A DNA stretch of 50,521 nt, from the IMG/VR virus record IMGVR_UViG_3300020042_004377, positions 1 to 50,521 of that record; one strand, written 5' to 3'. This DNA is from a virus (lineage: Duplodnaviria; Caudoviricetes). This document shows, in pieces, positions 33,916-44,100 of the stretch. The position numbers were made by a program, and so were the translations under genes. The notes under the pieces are model-generated. The model had not been told where the DNA came from and made no database searches. It worked only from the letters and a program-made list of their open reading frames with translations. Every line of letters begins with the position of its first letter. Position 1 is the stretch's first letter.

Positions 33916-35463
33916 ATGGAGATCATTGAGAATAGAGCACTATTGCTCAAGGTGCGCGACCCGCACCGCATCACGCAAGTGATACCCAAGAGTAAAGTGG
34001 TAGAAGATGATGGCAAAACTGCCAGCGTGTTGGTTAACTGGGGATTGGAAGAGACCATAGTTCTCAAGAACCTCAAGATCAACGCACCGTCACCCATCAA
34101 CGGGGCATACAAGTGGCCCGGTTTGCATAAGCCCTTTGACCACCAGAAGGTCACATCGTCTTTCCTGACCATGAACCGCAAGGCATTCTGCTTTAACGAG
34201 CAGGGCACAGGCAAAACTGCCAGCGTAATTTGGGCGGCTGATTACTTGATGACACAGGGCTTCATCAAGCGTGTACTGGTGATATGCCCCTTGTCCATCA
34301 TGGATGCGGCATGGCGCAACGACTTGTTCAAGTTTGCTATGCACCGAAGGGTGGATGTAGCCCACGGCAAACCAGAAAAGCGCAGAGAGATCATCAACGG
34401 GGATGCTGAGTTTGTCATCATCAACTACGATGGTGTGGAGATCGTGGCAGATACGATTGCTCAAAACATGTTTGACCTTATCGTTGTGGATGAAGGCAAC
34501 GCATACAAGAACCCACAGACCAAGCGATGGAAGACGATTAACAAGCTGGTGAATGGCAGTACGTGGCTATGGATGCTCACGGGTACACCCGCCGCGCAGT
34601 CCCCTGTAGATGCGTATGGCCTTGCCAAACTTGTGCGCCCCGATGGCGTACCAAGATTCTTTGGTGGGTTCCGCGATCAGGTGATGAACAAGGTCACCCA
34701 GTTTAAGTGGGTTCCCAAGCCAGACGCAGACAACACAGTGCATCGTGCGCTTCAACCTGCAATACGTTTTACCAAGGAACAATGTCTGGACCTACCGGCA
34801 ATGACCTACGTAACGCGCAACGTACCACTTACTGCACAGCAAGAGAAATACTACGAACTTCTCCGCCGCCAGCTTATTGTGAGAGCGGCAGGGGAGGAGA
34901 TCACTACGGTCAATGCCGCCGCCAACTTGAACAAACTCCTGCAACTGTCTGGTGGTGCGGTGTACTCTGACACGGGCGAGGTGGTGCAGTTTGATGCAAG
35001 CAACAGGCTGGCGGTGTTGCGCGAAGTGATTGAGGAGTCCAGCCACAAGGTTTTGGTGTTCGTGCCATACCGACACGCCATTGAAGTGGTCGCAGAAGAC
35101 TTGCGATCACATGGGTACCCCACTGCGATCATCCACGGTGGAGTATCGGCCTCCAAGCGATCAGAGATTTTTGATCGGTTCCAAACGAAGAAAGACCCGC
35201 AGGTGCTTGTCATACAGCCGCAAGCCGCATCACACGGTGTCACCCTCCATGCCGCGAACACAATCGTGTACTGGAGTCCAGTTATGTCTGTAGAGACGTA
35301 TTTGCAATGTAACGCACGGGTTCACAGAGCGGGGCAAAAGAACCCCACTACCGTGGTGCATCTGCAAGGCAGTGGCGTTGAGAGACGTATGTATTCCATG
35401 CTGAACAACAAGGTGGACATACATCACAAAATTATCCAGTTGTACGGGGAACTACTAGGATAA
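33916..35463 (+). CDS. SNF2-family (SF2) helicase
   Basis: QGTGKT, VVDEG, LTGTP, HGVTL and ARVHRAGQ. Confidence 0.92.
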   Translation: MEIIENRALLLKVRDPHRITQVIPKSKVVEDDGKTASVLVNWGLEETIVLKNLKINAPSPINGAYKWPGLHKPFDHQKVTSSFLTMNRKAFCFNEQGTGKTASVIWAADYLMTQGFIKRVLVICPLSIMDAAWRNDLFKFAMHRRVDVAHGKPEKRREIINGDAEFVIINYDGVEIVADTIAQNMFDLIVVDEGNAYKNPQTKRWKTINKLVNGSTWLWMLTGTPAAQSPVDAYGLAKLVRPDGVPRFFGGFRDQVMNKVTQFKWVPKPDADNTVHRALQPAIRFTKEQCLDLPAMTYVTRNVPLTAQQEKYYELLRRQLIVRAAGEEITTVNAAANLNKLLQLSGGAVYSDTGEVVQFDASNRLAVLREVIEESSHKVLVFVPYRHAIEVVAEDLRSHGYPTAIIHGGVSASKRSEIFDRFQTKKDPQVLVIQPQAASHGVTLHAANTIVYWSPVMSVETYLQCNARVHRAGQKNPTTVVHLQGSGVERRMYSMLNNKVDIHHKIIQLYGELLG

Positions 35464-35469
35464 AAACTC

Positions 35470-35497
35470 TTGACATTGTTAATTTTGGGTGTACCAT
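35470..35497 (+). promoter_or_regulatory. Possible sigma70 promoter
   Basis: TTGACA-16 bp-TACCAT upstream of 35523. Confidence 0.5.
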
Positions 35498-35522
35498 ACC
35501 CACATAAAGAGAGAAGGAGAGA

Positions 35523-35933
35523 GTGATGACGGAAGAAATTCCAGTTGACAAACTTGTCGCCGTATACATCAAGATGCGGGACAAACGTGCTGAACTTCTG
35601 CGCGAGTACGAAGATCAGGACGAAGCTGTCAAACAGCAAATGGAAGTCGTGGAGGGTAGATTACTCGACCTCTGCAAAACCATTGGCGTTGACAGCCTCA
35701 AGACCAAACACGGTACTGTTATGCGTGGTGTCAAAACCCGCTACTGGACAAGTGATTGGCAATCCATGCACAACTTCATTATGGAAAACAAGATGCCTGA
35801 TCTTTTAGAAAAGCGCATCAGTCAGTCCACGATGAGACAACTGCTGGATGAGAACCCCGACATGATGCCCCCCGGTGTCAATGTCGATAGCAAATATTCC
35901 GTAACCATAAGGAGAAGCGCAAATGGTAGCTGA
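35523..35933 (+). CDS. Conserved replication-module hypothetical protein
   Basis: Coiled coil, then SLKTKHGT..DW..LLEKRISQ..PPGV. Confidence 0.75.
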   Translation: MMTEEIPVDKLVAVYIKMRDKRAELLREYEDQDEAVKQQMEVVEGRLLDLCKTIGVDSLKTKHGTVMRGVKTRYWTSDWQSMHNFIMENKMPDLLEKRISQSTMRQLLDENPDMMPPGVNVDSKYSVTIRRSANGS

Positions 35934-36108
35934 AACTATGACCGTACTGGAGGTCGCAAATTACTTGCGGGTCTCTCGGCAAACGGTCTACACCATGATT
36001 CGTGCTGGCAAAATCCCGCACTTCAAAGTTGGCAACAAGGTGCGCGTAAAGCGCGTAGACCTCGATGCCATGACAAACACCCAATCAATCACAGGAGAAT
36101 CTAAATGA
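35923..36108 (+). CDS. Excisionase-like HTH protein (HTH_17/MerR-like)
   Basis: MTVLEVANYLRVSRQTVYTMIRAGKIPHFKVGNKVRV. Confidence 0.85.
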   Translation: MVAETMTVLEVANYLRVSRQTVYTMIRAGKIPHFKVGNKVRVKRVDLDAMTNTQSITGESK

Positions 36109-36992
36109 GCGAAATGACACTTTTTTCAAAAGGCGGCAACAACCTTCCCGCGCACCTGCGTAACATTGAACTGGACGAAACGACCAAAGCCCTGATGGGT
36201 GGTAGCGGCGGTTCCTCTGGTAAACGCATTTCAATTCGGGGCAGTGTGTTCCGTATGTTGGTTGAAGGTAAAGAAGTTGCACAGAACGAAGACCGTGCGA
36301 TGAACATTGTGGTTGTTGCGGCTAACGCCCATACATCCCGTAGCTTTTATGAAGGAACTTATGAGGAAGGCAAAAACATTGCCCCGACATGCTGGTCGGA
36401 CGATGGGACTACTCCTGACTCCAAGGTCAGTGAACCACAGTCGGACAAGTGCGCTACATGCCCCCAGAACATCGCAGGTTCTGGCACAGGCAAAGGCCGT
36501 GCTTGCCGTTACAGCCAACGCTTGGCAGTTATGCTGGAGAACGACCTCCAAGGGGATGTATACCAACTGACCCTGCCAGCACAGTCCATCTTTGGTAATG
36601 TTGAAAACGGAAAAATGCCTCTGCAAGCCTACGCTAAGTTTTTGGGTGGTCATGGCCTACCAATCACTGCTGTCGTGACTGAGATGCGTTTTGATACCGC
36701 CAGCGCAACGCCAAAGCTGACCTTCAAAGCAGTGCGTCCGTTGGAAGCTGATGAGATGGCAAACGCCCAAGAGAAGGGACGTTCTCCCGAGGCCAAGGCC
36801 GCAATTGCATCTACCGTTGCAATGGTGGACGGCACAAAGACCAAGCAAGCATTCACCCCTGCCGCGCCTGTGGATGAGCAACCCGCAGTGCAAGCCAAGG
36901 TTGAGGATGCTGTTGAAGCTGAACCCACCAAGCGCCCCAAGAAAGCCACACCGAAAGATGTGAGCGAGATTCTTGACGATTGGGCAGAGTGA
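36105..36992 (+). CDS. Putative ssDNA-binding/annealing protein
   Basis: RISIRG, PTCWS.DG..P, CATCP.N..GS..G.ACR; acidic-aromatic C-tail ILDDWAE. Confidence 0.6.
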   Translation: MSEMTLFSKGGNNLPAHLRNIELDETTKALMGGSGGSSGKRISIRGSVFRMLVEGKEVAQNEDRAMNIVVVAANAHTSRSFYEGTYEEGKNIAPTCWSDDGTTPDSKVSEPQSDKCATCPQNIAGSGTGKGRACRYSQRLAVMLENDLQGDVYQLTLPAQSIFGNVENGKMPLQAYAKFLGGHGLPITAVVTEMRFDTASATPKLTFKAVRPLEADEMANAQEKGRSPEAKAAIASTVAMVDGTKTKQAFTPAAPVDEQPAVQAKVEDAVEAEPTKRPKKATPKDVSEILDDWAE

Positions 36993-36999
36993 GGCCAAC

Positions 37000-37227
37000 A
37001 TGAAAGACAACAGAGAAGAAACTTTTATGCAGACGGTGTACGTACTCGATGGCGTCACCTACGTACCGCACTACCGCAGTCCCTCAGTCTTTGTCGGCCC
37101 AGGCTACCCACGCTTCACAACACAGCGTTACTCAGCCGAGGAGTTGCGTGATGCAGGTGCCCAGAAGGGGGACTTCCCCTTATGGAAACGCAGTGACTAT
37201 GGCGTTGTGACAGATCAGCAACTGTAA
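37000..37227 (+). CDS. Hypothetical protein
   Basis: 75 aa; GAGG RBS. Confidence 0.65.
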   Translation: MKDNREETFMQTVYVLDGVTYVPHYRSPSVFVGPGYPRFTTQRYSAEELRDAGAQKGDFPLWKRSDYGVVTDQQL

Positions 37228-37233
37228 ACCAAC

Positions 37234-37253
37234 GGGGCGGGGAAACCCGCCCC
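37234..37253 (+). other. GC hairpin GGGGCGGG-GAAA-CCCGCCCC
   Basis: Perfect 8-bp stem with a GNRA loop; no U-tract. Confidence 0.55.
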
Positions 37254-37270
37254 TATACGGGAAAACAACA

Positions 37271-37693
37271 ATGAGACCAATGTGTGTAAGTTGTGGGCAG
37301 TCAATAAAAAAATTGAACCCACATAGGATGTGTAAATCAAAAGTTGCAATGCTTGAGATTTTGGCTAAGGCTAATGACTGGGTTCATGTGCAAGAAGGGC
37401 ATGGAGCAGTTCATGGCAATGGCATTTCTAGAGCGCCTTATCGTGCGAGGGCGCATGTGTCTAGACTGGTATGGTTTGGTTTAGCAGAACATGGGGCACC
37501 ACGTTCGGGGCTATACCGTATCACGCAAGAAGGTAGAAACTTTCTCGCTGGGACACATGTTGTACCAAAAATAATTTGGTGTAAAAACGGTAAGGTAGTT
37601 GAAGTAGATTCTGCACAAGTAGCAATAGGGAATATCAAAGACGTTGTACTTGATAAAGAATACTGGGACAACTACGGGGCAATTCAAAAATGA
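37271..37693 (+). CDS. Hypothetical protein (CxxC plus winged-helix-like region), AT-richer than neighbours
   Basis: CVSCGQ; SRLVWFGLAE..GLYRITQEGRNF. Confidence 0.7.
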   Translation: MRPMCVSCGQSIKKLNPHRMCKSKVAMLEILAKANDWVHVQEGHGAVHGNGISRAPYRARAHVSRLVWFGLAEHGAPRSGLYRITQEGRNFLAGTHVVPKIIWCKNGKVVEVDSAQVAIGNIKDVVLDKEYWDNYGAIQK

Positions 37694-37941
37694 ACAATCG
37701 AGGGTACTCACGTAAATTTGTCGATTCAAACAAGAAGGCTGACCCATCACACATTGGGGTGCAACTTGGGAAAATCTGCATAGATCGGGATATCCCCGTG
37801 CAAGATGTAGCTGACTACATTGGCGTTTCACGTCAGGCTGTTTACCTGTGGTTTGTTGGCAAGGCATTGCCACATCCCGGTATGCGTGAAACGATTTTGG
37901 GTGTCATAAAAGAACTCAAAGCAAAGAAATCCATAACCTAA
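37690..37941 (+). CDS. XRE/Cro-like HTH protein
   Basis: IPVQDVADYIGVSRQAVYLWFVG. Confidence 0.8.
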   Translation: MNNRGYSRKFVDSNKKADPSHIGVQLGKICIDRDIPVQDVADYIGVSRQAVYLWFVGKALPHPGMRETILGVIKELKAKKSIT

Positions 37942-37987
37942 TCTGTAGCCTGTCGCCAGCAGGTTGCAGATTCAAAAAGAGCGAACA

Positions 37988-40861
37988 ATGACCTCACGGA
38001 TTCCCTTTCTCTCCTCCGTGCTTGCAAGTGAAGGCTTGTACTGCGTGGTAGGGTTGAAGAAAGGTGCGCCACGGCAAACATTTGTAGAGACAACAGAAGA
38101 AATCGACGGTGTAGTAGAAGGGTTGATGGCACAGGGGTACGATGCGTACTTCGGATGTGCCAAGTATCTGAACGCCTCAGAAGGGCGTATAGCGCAGAAC
38201 GCAAAATGGTTCAAAGCCTTTTGGCTTGATCTGGACTGCGGCGAGAACAAACCCTACGAAACGCAAGCCGATGCTCTTGATGCCTTGAAACAGTTTGTCA
38301 AAGACACCGGACTTCCAAGACCCACATTAGTGAACTCAGGCCGTGGTATCCACGTGTACTGGACACTTACACAACCAATCTTTTACAACGATTGGAAGCC
38401 AACCGCTGAAGCGTTTAAGAAATTTTGCGCGGCGTATAACTTGTACGCTGACCCAGCGGTAACTGCGGATGCCGCACGGATTCTGCGTATCCCAGAGACA
38501 CTCAACTACAAGGACAGCCCACCCAAAAAAGTGGACATGATGGTCGTGTCACAACCCATTGAGTTTGGCAGGTTCCAAGCCATAGTGGGGGTAGGCCCAG
38601 AAGAAGATGATCTGGAACTGCCATTTGCCGCGCCAGCACTACGCCGCCCAATAGATGCAACTACCCGCGCCTTGATGGGTAACAGCATTTCCAGATTCAG
38701 CACAATCATGCGGCGTAGTGCTCAAGGTAAAGGGTGTGGACAACTTGTACACATTTATCGCAACCAGCAAGAAATTGAAGAGCCATTGTGGAGAGCAGGG
38801 CTGTCAATTGCCGCGAACTGCGAGGACGGTGAACTTGCCGTTCACAAAATCTCCCATGCCCATGAGGAATACGACCCCAAGGACACCAAGCTAAAGGCAG
38901 ATGCGCTGGTAGGCAAACCTTACAAGTGCGCGACATTTGGCGGTATCAACCCAAAAGGTTGTGTTGATTGCCCCAACAAAGGCAAGATCACGTCCCCTAT
39001 CCAGATTGGCGCTCAGATCGCGGAGGCCAAGGCAGAGGACAATATCGTGGTGATGCGTAACGCCACACTGGAGGAAGATATTACGGTAGAGATACCAGAG
39101 TATCCGTTTCCATATTTTCGCGGCAAAAACGGTGGGATATACAGGCGCGGTATGCCATCGGAAAAGGCAAAGAAAAAAGACGATGAAGACGATGACAGCG
39201 AACGCGATGTGCTTATTTATGAGTACGACTTTTATGTGGTCAAGAGGCTGACCGACCCAGATGCTGGCGAGTCTTTATGGATGCGTCTTCACATGCCCAA
39301 GGACGGTATACGGGAGTTTTCATGCCCCCTATCAAGTGTGCTGTCCAAGGACAAATTTAGAGAAGTCATTGCCTTTCAAGGCGTGACTGCGTACAACAAA
39401 AAACTGGATAATCTTATGGCATATGTAACACGTTGGGTAGGTGAACTACAGCAGTTGTCGGAGGCAGAAAAGGCACGACAACAATTTGGTTGGTGTGAAG
39501 ATGACACCAAGTTTGTCGTTGGCAATCGTGAGATTACGGCGGCGGGTGTGAACTACAGCCCATCATCTGCGGCAACCGCAGAACTGGCAACCCTCTACAC
39601 CAAGAAGGGCACTATCCATGAATGGGCCAAGGTTGCCAACAACTATGCACGTTCGGGGAATGAAGTCCGCGCATTCACGTTGTTTGCAGGGTTTGGCTCG
39701 GCGTTGTTTAAATTCACCAAACTCAGCGGGTCGATCATTCACCTGACAAACAACGGCTCGGGTGTAGGCAAGTCCACCATTCAGTACATGGTCAACAGCA
39801 TTTGGGGTCGCCCACTGGAGACCTTGATGAATCAGGAGGACAAGTACCTTGCCCGTATGCACCGCATATCGGTACTGGGGAACATACCCCCAACGATTGA
39901 CGAGTTGACCAACATGGGTGACGAAGAAGTCAGCAACATGGCGTATGCGACTACGCACGGCAGGGGGCGCAACAGGATGCAGTCCCAGACCAATGCGGAA
40001 CGAAGCAACCTACTGCGCTGGTCTTCCATTGCGATCACATCAGGCAACAAGAGTTTGTACGACCAGTTATTCAACCTCAAAGATTTCCCAGAAGGCGAGT
40101 TGATGCGGATACTGGAATTCAGCGTTGCCAAGATGGACAACATGTCCAAGGCTGAGTCGGACGAGGCGTTCAACGGCATCTACGATAACTACGGCGTGGC
40201 GGGTGAAGTGTTCATGCGGTACGTGATTGCCAACTTGCCAGAAGTCAAGAAGATGCTGGGCAAAATCCAGCGTAAGTTTGACAAGGCGGCGGGGATGACA
40301 CAGCGTGAGCGATTCTGGTCTGCAACAGCGGCATGTGCCATAACCGCTGGAGTCATCTCAAAGAAGTTGGGCCTCCATAACATTGATGTGGCAGCGGTGT
40401 ATGAGTGGGCTGTGGCAACAATTGGCAGGATGCGTGTCGAAGTGCGACCGGGCGTAGCTGGCCCATTGGCACACCTTGGGTTGTTCTTGAATGAGCACAA
40501 TAACAATATGCTCATCGTCAACAGCACCGTGGACAAACGCTCTGGCTTGATGGAGGTTCCAGTACGAGAACCCAGAGGGGAACTTATAACGCGCTTTGAG
40601 CCCGACACAAAGCAGTTGTTCATCACGATCAAGATACTGCGAGAGTGGTGTTCGGAGAATCAAATTTCCTACAAGGGGTTGGTCGAAGACCTGCACCGGA
40701 TGGGCGCTTGCCTTGGAACCTTGAAGAAAGCCATGTCGCGGGGGTCGGATATGTCCACACCAGCGGTGAGTGCATTGGTGGTTGATTGCACAAAAGCAAC
40801 AGCTTTAGACCCCGAAGACACTACACCCCTTCCTTCACCAAGTGATGACGATTTACAATAG
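37988..40861 (+). CDS. Primase-helicase (AEP/RepB-like primase, Cys cluster, DUF927 and SF3-type helicase)
   Basis: WLDLDCG, VNSGRGIHVYW, RILRIPET, Cys cluster, Walker A GSGVGKST, IDELTN. Confidence 0.85.
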   Translation: MTSRIPFLSSVLASEGLYCVVGLKKGAPRQTFVETTEEIDGVVEGLMAQGYDAYFGCAKYLNASEGRIAQNAKWFKAFWLDLDCGENKPYETQADALDALKQFVKDTGLPRPTLVNSGRGIHVYWTLTQPIFYNDWKPTAEAFKKFCAAYNLYADPAVTADAARILRIPETLNYKDSPPKKVDMMVVSQPIEFGRFQAIVGVGPEEDDLELPFAAPALRRPIDATTRALMGNSISRFSTIMRRSAQGKGCGQLVHIYRNQQEIEEPLWRAGLSIAANCEDGELAVHKISHAHEEYDPKDTKLKADALVGKPYKCATFGGINPKGCVDCPNKGKITSPIQIGAQIAEAKAEDNIVVMRNATLEEDITVEIPEYPFPYFRGKNGGIYRRGMPSEKAKKKDDEDDDSERDVLIYEYDFYVVKRLTDPDAGESLWMRLHMPKDGIREFSCPLSSVLSKDKFREVIAFQGVTAYNKKLDNLMAYVTRWVGELQQLSEAEKARQQFGWCEDDTKFVVGNREITAAGVNYSPSSAATAELATLYTKKGTIHEWAKVANNYARSGNEVRAFTLFAGFGSALFKFTKLSGSIIHLTNNGSGVGKSTIQYMVNSIWGRPLETLMNQEDKYLARMHRISVLGNIPPTIDELTNMGDEEVSNMAYATTHGRGRNRMQSQTNAERSNLLRWSSIAITSGNKSLYDQLFNLKDFPEGELMRILEFSVAKMDNMSKAESDEAFNGIYDNYGVAGEVFMRYVIANLPEVKKMLGKIQRKFDKAAGMTQRERFWSATAACAITAGVISKKLGLHNIDVAAVYEWAVATIGRMRVEVRPGVAGPLAHLGLFLNEHNNNMLIVNSTVDKRSGLMEVPVREPRGELITRFEPDTKQLFITIKILREWCSENQISYKGLVEDLHRMGACLGTLKKAMSRGSDMSTPAVSALVVDCTKATALDPEDTTPLPSPSDDDLQ

Positions 40862-41048
40862 TGGTGTTCCAATCGTAATTGAATGGCACAAGTTTGTGAT
40901 CGGAAGCTCTTTTTACATTCCAACGTTAACGCCTGACACGTTAACAGAGGAAATTAAGAGAGCGGCACAGAAACGAGGGATGCGAGTCAAGTCTCGTTTT
41001 TGTTTAGAGTACGGTACACAAGGGGTGAGGTTCTGGCGAGTAAATTGA
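40842..41048 (+). CDS. Small hypothetical DNA-binding-like protein
   Basis: W..F.IGSSFYIP..GVRFWRV. Confidence 0.7.
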   Translation: MMTIYNSGVPIVIEWHKFVIGSSFYIPTLTPDTLTEEIKRAAQKRGMRVKSRFCLEYGTQGVRFWRVN

Positions 41049-41067
41049 TCTTGTGCTAGAGTTCGCC

Positions 41068-41145
41068 TAGCAATTGATCTCCTCTCTCCTTTCGGTTGCT
41101 ATCTCCCGATCATTTCCCCCGGCCTAAAAAACCGGGGGTTTTTTT
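41068..41145 (+). ncRNA. Candidate anti-Shine-Dalgarno small RNA (about 78 nt)
   Basis: TGn-TAGAGT at 41054-62; 10-bp stem 41068-77/41092-101 with 14-nt loop TCTCCTCTCTCCTT; ends in a terminator. Confidence 0.55.
41116..41145 (+). terminator. Intrinsic terminator at the convergence of the two arms
   Basis: CCCCCGG-loop-CCGGGGG followed by T7. Confidence 0.85.
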
Positions 41146-44100
41146 CAGTCTTCCAATTCTTCAATTGAACGCTCAATCAAGGGTCGCAGTTTCTTGTTTA
41201 CTTGCACCCCGTGGTACATCTCATTTGAGATACGGTCACGAGCCTTCACCGACTTGGTGATTGTGTTCTCAGATATCTTCAACTCAGGGTATTTGTCCCC
41301 CAACTCAAACAACTTGTCCCTGAGTTCATCAGCACGCTCATAGTCCCCCTCACGCTGGGCAACGTAGTATTTCTTGAGCAGTGACTTCTCTTGCTTGGTG
41401 ATAACGTCACCCATCTTCTTGGCATACGCATTGATCTCGTACTGGGCCAACAAGTCAGCAGGTGCAAAGCCCAACACCTGCATTGCGGCGTTGTAACCAT
41501 TAACCTGCCCAACCTCGTCACCGCGTAAAGTGCGTGCATCCTCCAACATATACCGACCGCCCTTGAGGACGTTGCGTAGAGCAATAGGCAACATGGCCTC
41601 CACTCCACGCTCAAACTGACCATCAGCGATAAGTTCTTTGCCTCGGTAGACGCTGTTTACAACAGCCCAAGGTGCGCCCAAAAGGTTCTCTAGTATCTGG
41701 CTCAATGCGCTGGCATCTGCCTTGTCGCCCTTGTTCTCGCGGTAAATCAAATCAGTCCAGCCCACACGATCGGCAACGCCAAGATTTGTGAAATAGTTTA
41801 GTGGGCCTTTGAACGCAAGTTCCCCAAGATACTTACGCATGACAGTATCAAAGTCATCTTCGTCGTCATCGTTGAGTGCGTTGTACGCCATCTCTGCAAC
41901 CCAGTACAAGGGCAGACCTTTTGCTCCAGCAAAGAGTGCCGACATGCCGTAGACACCTGCAAGTTGGCGGCGAGCCACTTTGGCTTCCGCGATCTGGTCT
42001 GCGTCTGCATTGGGAGGTAATCCCAACAGCTTGCTACGGCGCATGGTGTCAAACAGCATGTAGTACATGGTGAAGGCAAACCGCTTGAACACGGTAAGAA
42101 TTTTGCCCAGGTCGCTTTGACCGATGCTGGGGCCAGATTCAGTATGACCTGCACCGTGGGCAAACTCCACCAGACGGACAGCCTTCTCAATGGCTTTGGT
42201 TTGAGCTTCTTCGCCCTTGATACCCTTTTTAGCCAGCCGTGCCATCTCCAAATCGTATGCCGCTATCGCCGTCACTTCACGGTTAAAACGCTCGGCTTGG
42301 TGGAACATGGCTGTGGACACACGGGCAGTCTTCTGGGCGATGCCCTGCAAACTCTCAGGGTTAAGCGCCTCATGCGCCATAGACTCCACTAGCAGACCCA
42401 GTTCATCCAAACGGGTGAACAGACCTTTGTATTGTTTGTGCTGACCCTGCCCAATTAAGTTTTCCACAGACAAGCCAACACGCACAGGGCCAGTCTGGGT
42501 GATCTCTACACCGTTGATATCCACAATCTTGCGGGTGAAACCGCTACTTTTGAAGATGTTGGCGGCTTTAAGTAAGGCGCGACCTGAGTCAATGAACCCG
42601 TATTCCCCGCCCAACTGAGGTAACACCACCATAGGAGTTTGCAGGGTGTTGACCACAGCCGACGAGACGTTACCCGCCAAGTTGAAATAGAACGAACCAG
42701 TGCTGGCGTATCGTGCGATATCGGAAAACTGCGGGTTTATAGCAAACTTAAACCGGGCTTCCATTTCCTGCACCAATTCTTTTGCCCGGACGCTTTCGTC
42801 CCCGCGCTTTAGGTTGGCTTGCTTACGCATGGAGTCCAGCAACTGCTGAAGTTCTTCGCTGTACCGCATACGCGACAACTGCCGTGCTGTACGATCAGTT
42901 ACACGGGAGAACGCTTTAGATACATCTTGTTCATAGCCAGGGGTTCCCTTACGAGTTTGGAACGACTTGAGCAGGCTGGTCTCAGGCAACGCACTTACGA
43001 TTAACTGCAAGAACTTGTCCACCGCCGCATCATCAGCCCCACCATCCCGCATGATTTTGACGATCTGAGCCGCCACCGTTCCACGTGGAACCGTTTTGGA
43101 GGTCATGTTCTCGGTGCGGGAGTATTCTTCAATCCCCGTATGCCCATCAGCAACGACCTGGGTTTGCGCGAGGCGGCGCTCGGCTTGGGTGTTGAACAGG
43201 CGCTGCACTGTCTGTTTAGTGTTCTTGTCCGTGTACTGCAACCAGTATTCACCCTCACGATACAGCGGTGAGTAATGATCGATGCCCATCTTGGTGATTT
43301 GGTCAATGATCTTGTTGTACGCAGACAGAGCTTTTTCTTTGTCCTTGTTGCCGTTCTCATCAACAAAGGTCTCATCCAAATTCTTGCGGATGGATTCTTT
43401 TATTTCCGTGAACAGAACTTTGAATGAGGCAAAGTGATCTTTATACAACTGCTGTTCAGTCGGTGTCAGCTTGGCATAACGTGCCCGTAAGTCTTTGTAG
43501 GCTTTGAGGTTTTCTGCACTGCCAGCGTATTTTTTGCTGGCTTCCCCTGGTTCCAAAGATGGGTTCACGTCTGCCAAAGTGGAGTCGTTGACCAAATCAG
43601 CCCAGTTGCCATACCTGTCAGAACGGGAGAACTCTTGCAGACGCTCTTTCAACGGTTGCAGTTTCTTGGACAGGTTGCCGTAATACGCCGCCATCTCGTT
43701 TACGGTATCGGCAAACTTAATGGAATCTTGACCTACGATCTTGGCCCCAATTTGACCCAGTGCTGACAGGTTCAAAAACCTTTGAGCGAATGTACGCAAA
43801 GACAATCCGGATTTCTCAATTGCGCCCAGCACTTGAGCGGCGGTCTCAGGGGTGACCAGCTTTTGCTTGTGGATGATATTGTCCGTGGCATTGAAAACGC
43901 GCTGAGTCAGGTTTGGATGTTTTATCGACTGTGCGTACAATGTATCACCATCGCGCTGACCGGGGGGCACGCTCACAATTTCGTTGAGTAACGTGTCCAC
44001 CATATCCAAGGCATTGCCCTGCTTGGGCGGGAACCCAAACATCCTACGTACAACTTGTACTATCTTGTCCCAGAGTGAAGTGTTTGGCACATCGGCGTAC

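Noticed and set aside
35923-36108. Excisionase as proof of an integration module
   Set aside because: No integrase or att site seen; HTH_17 proteins are often plain regulators
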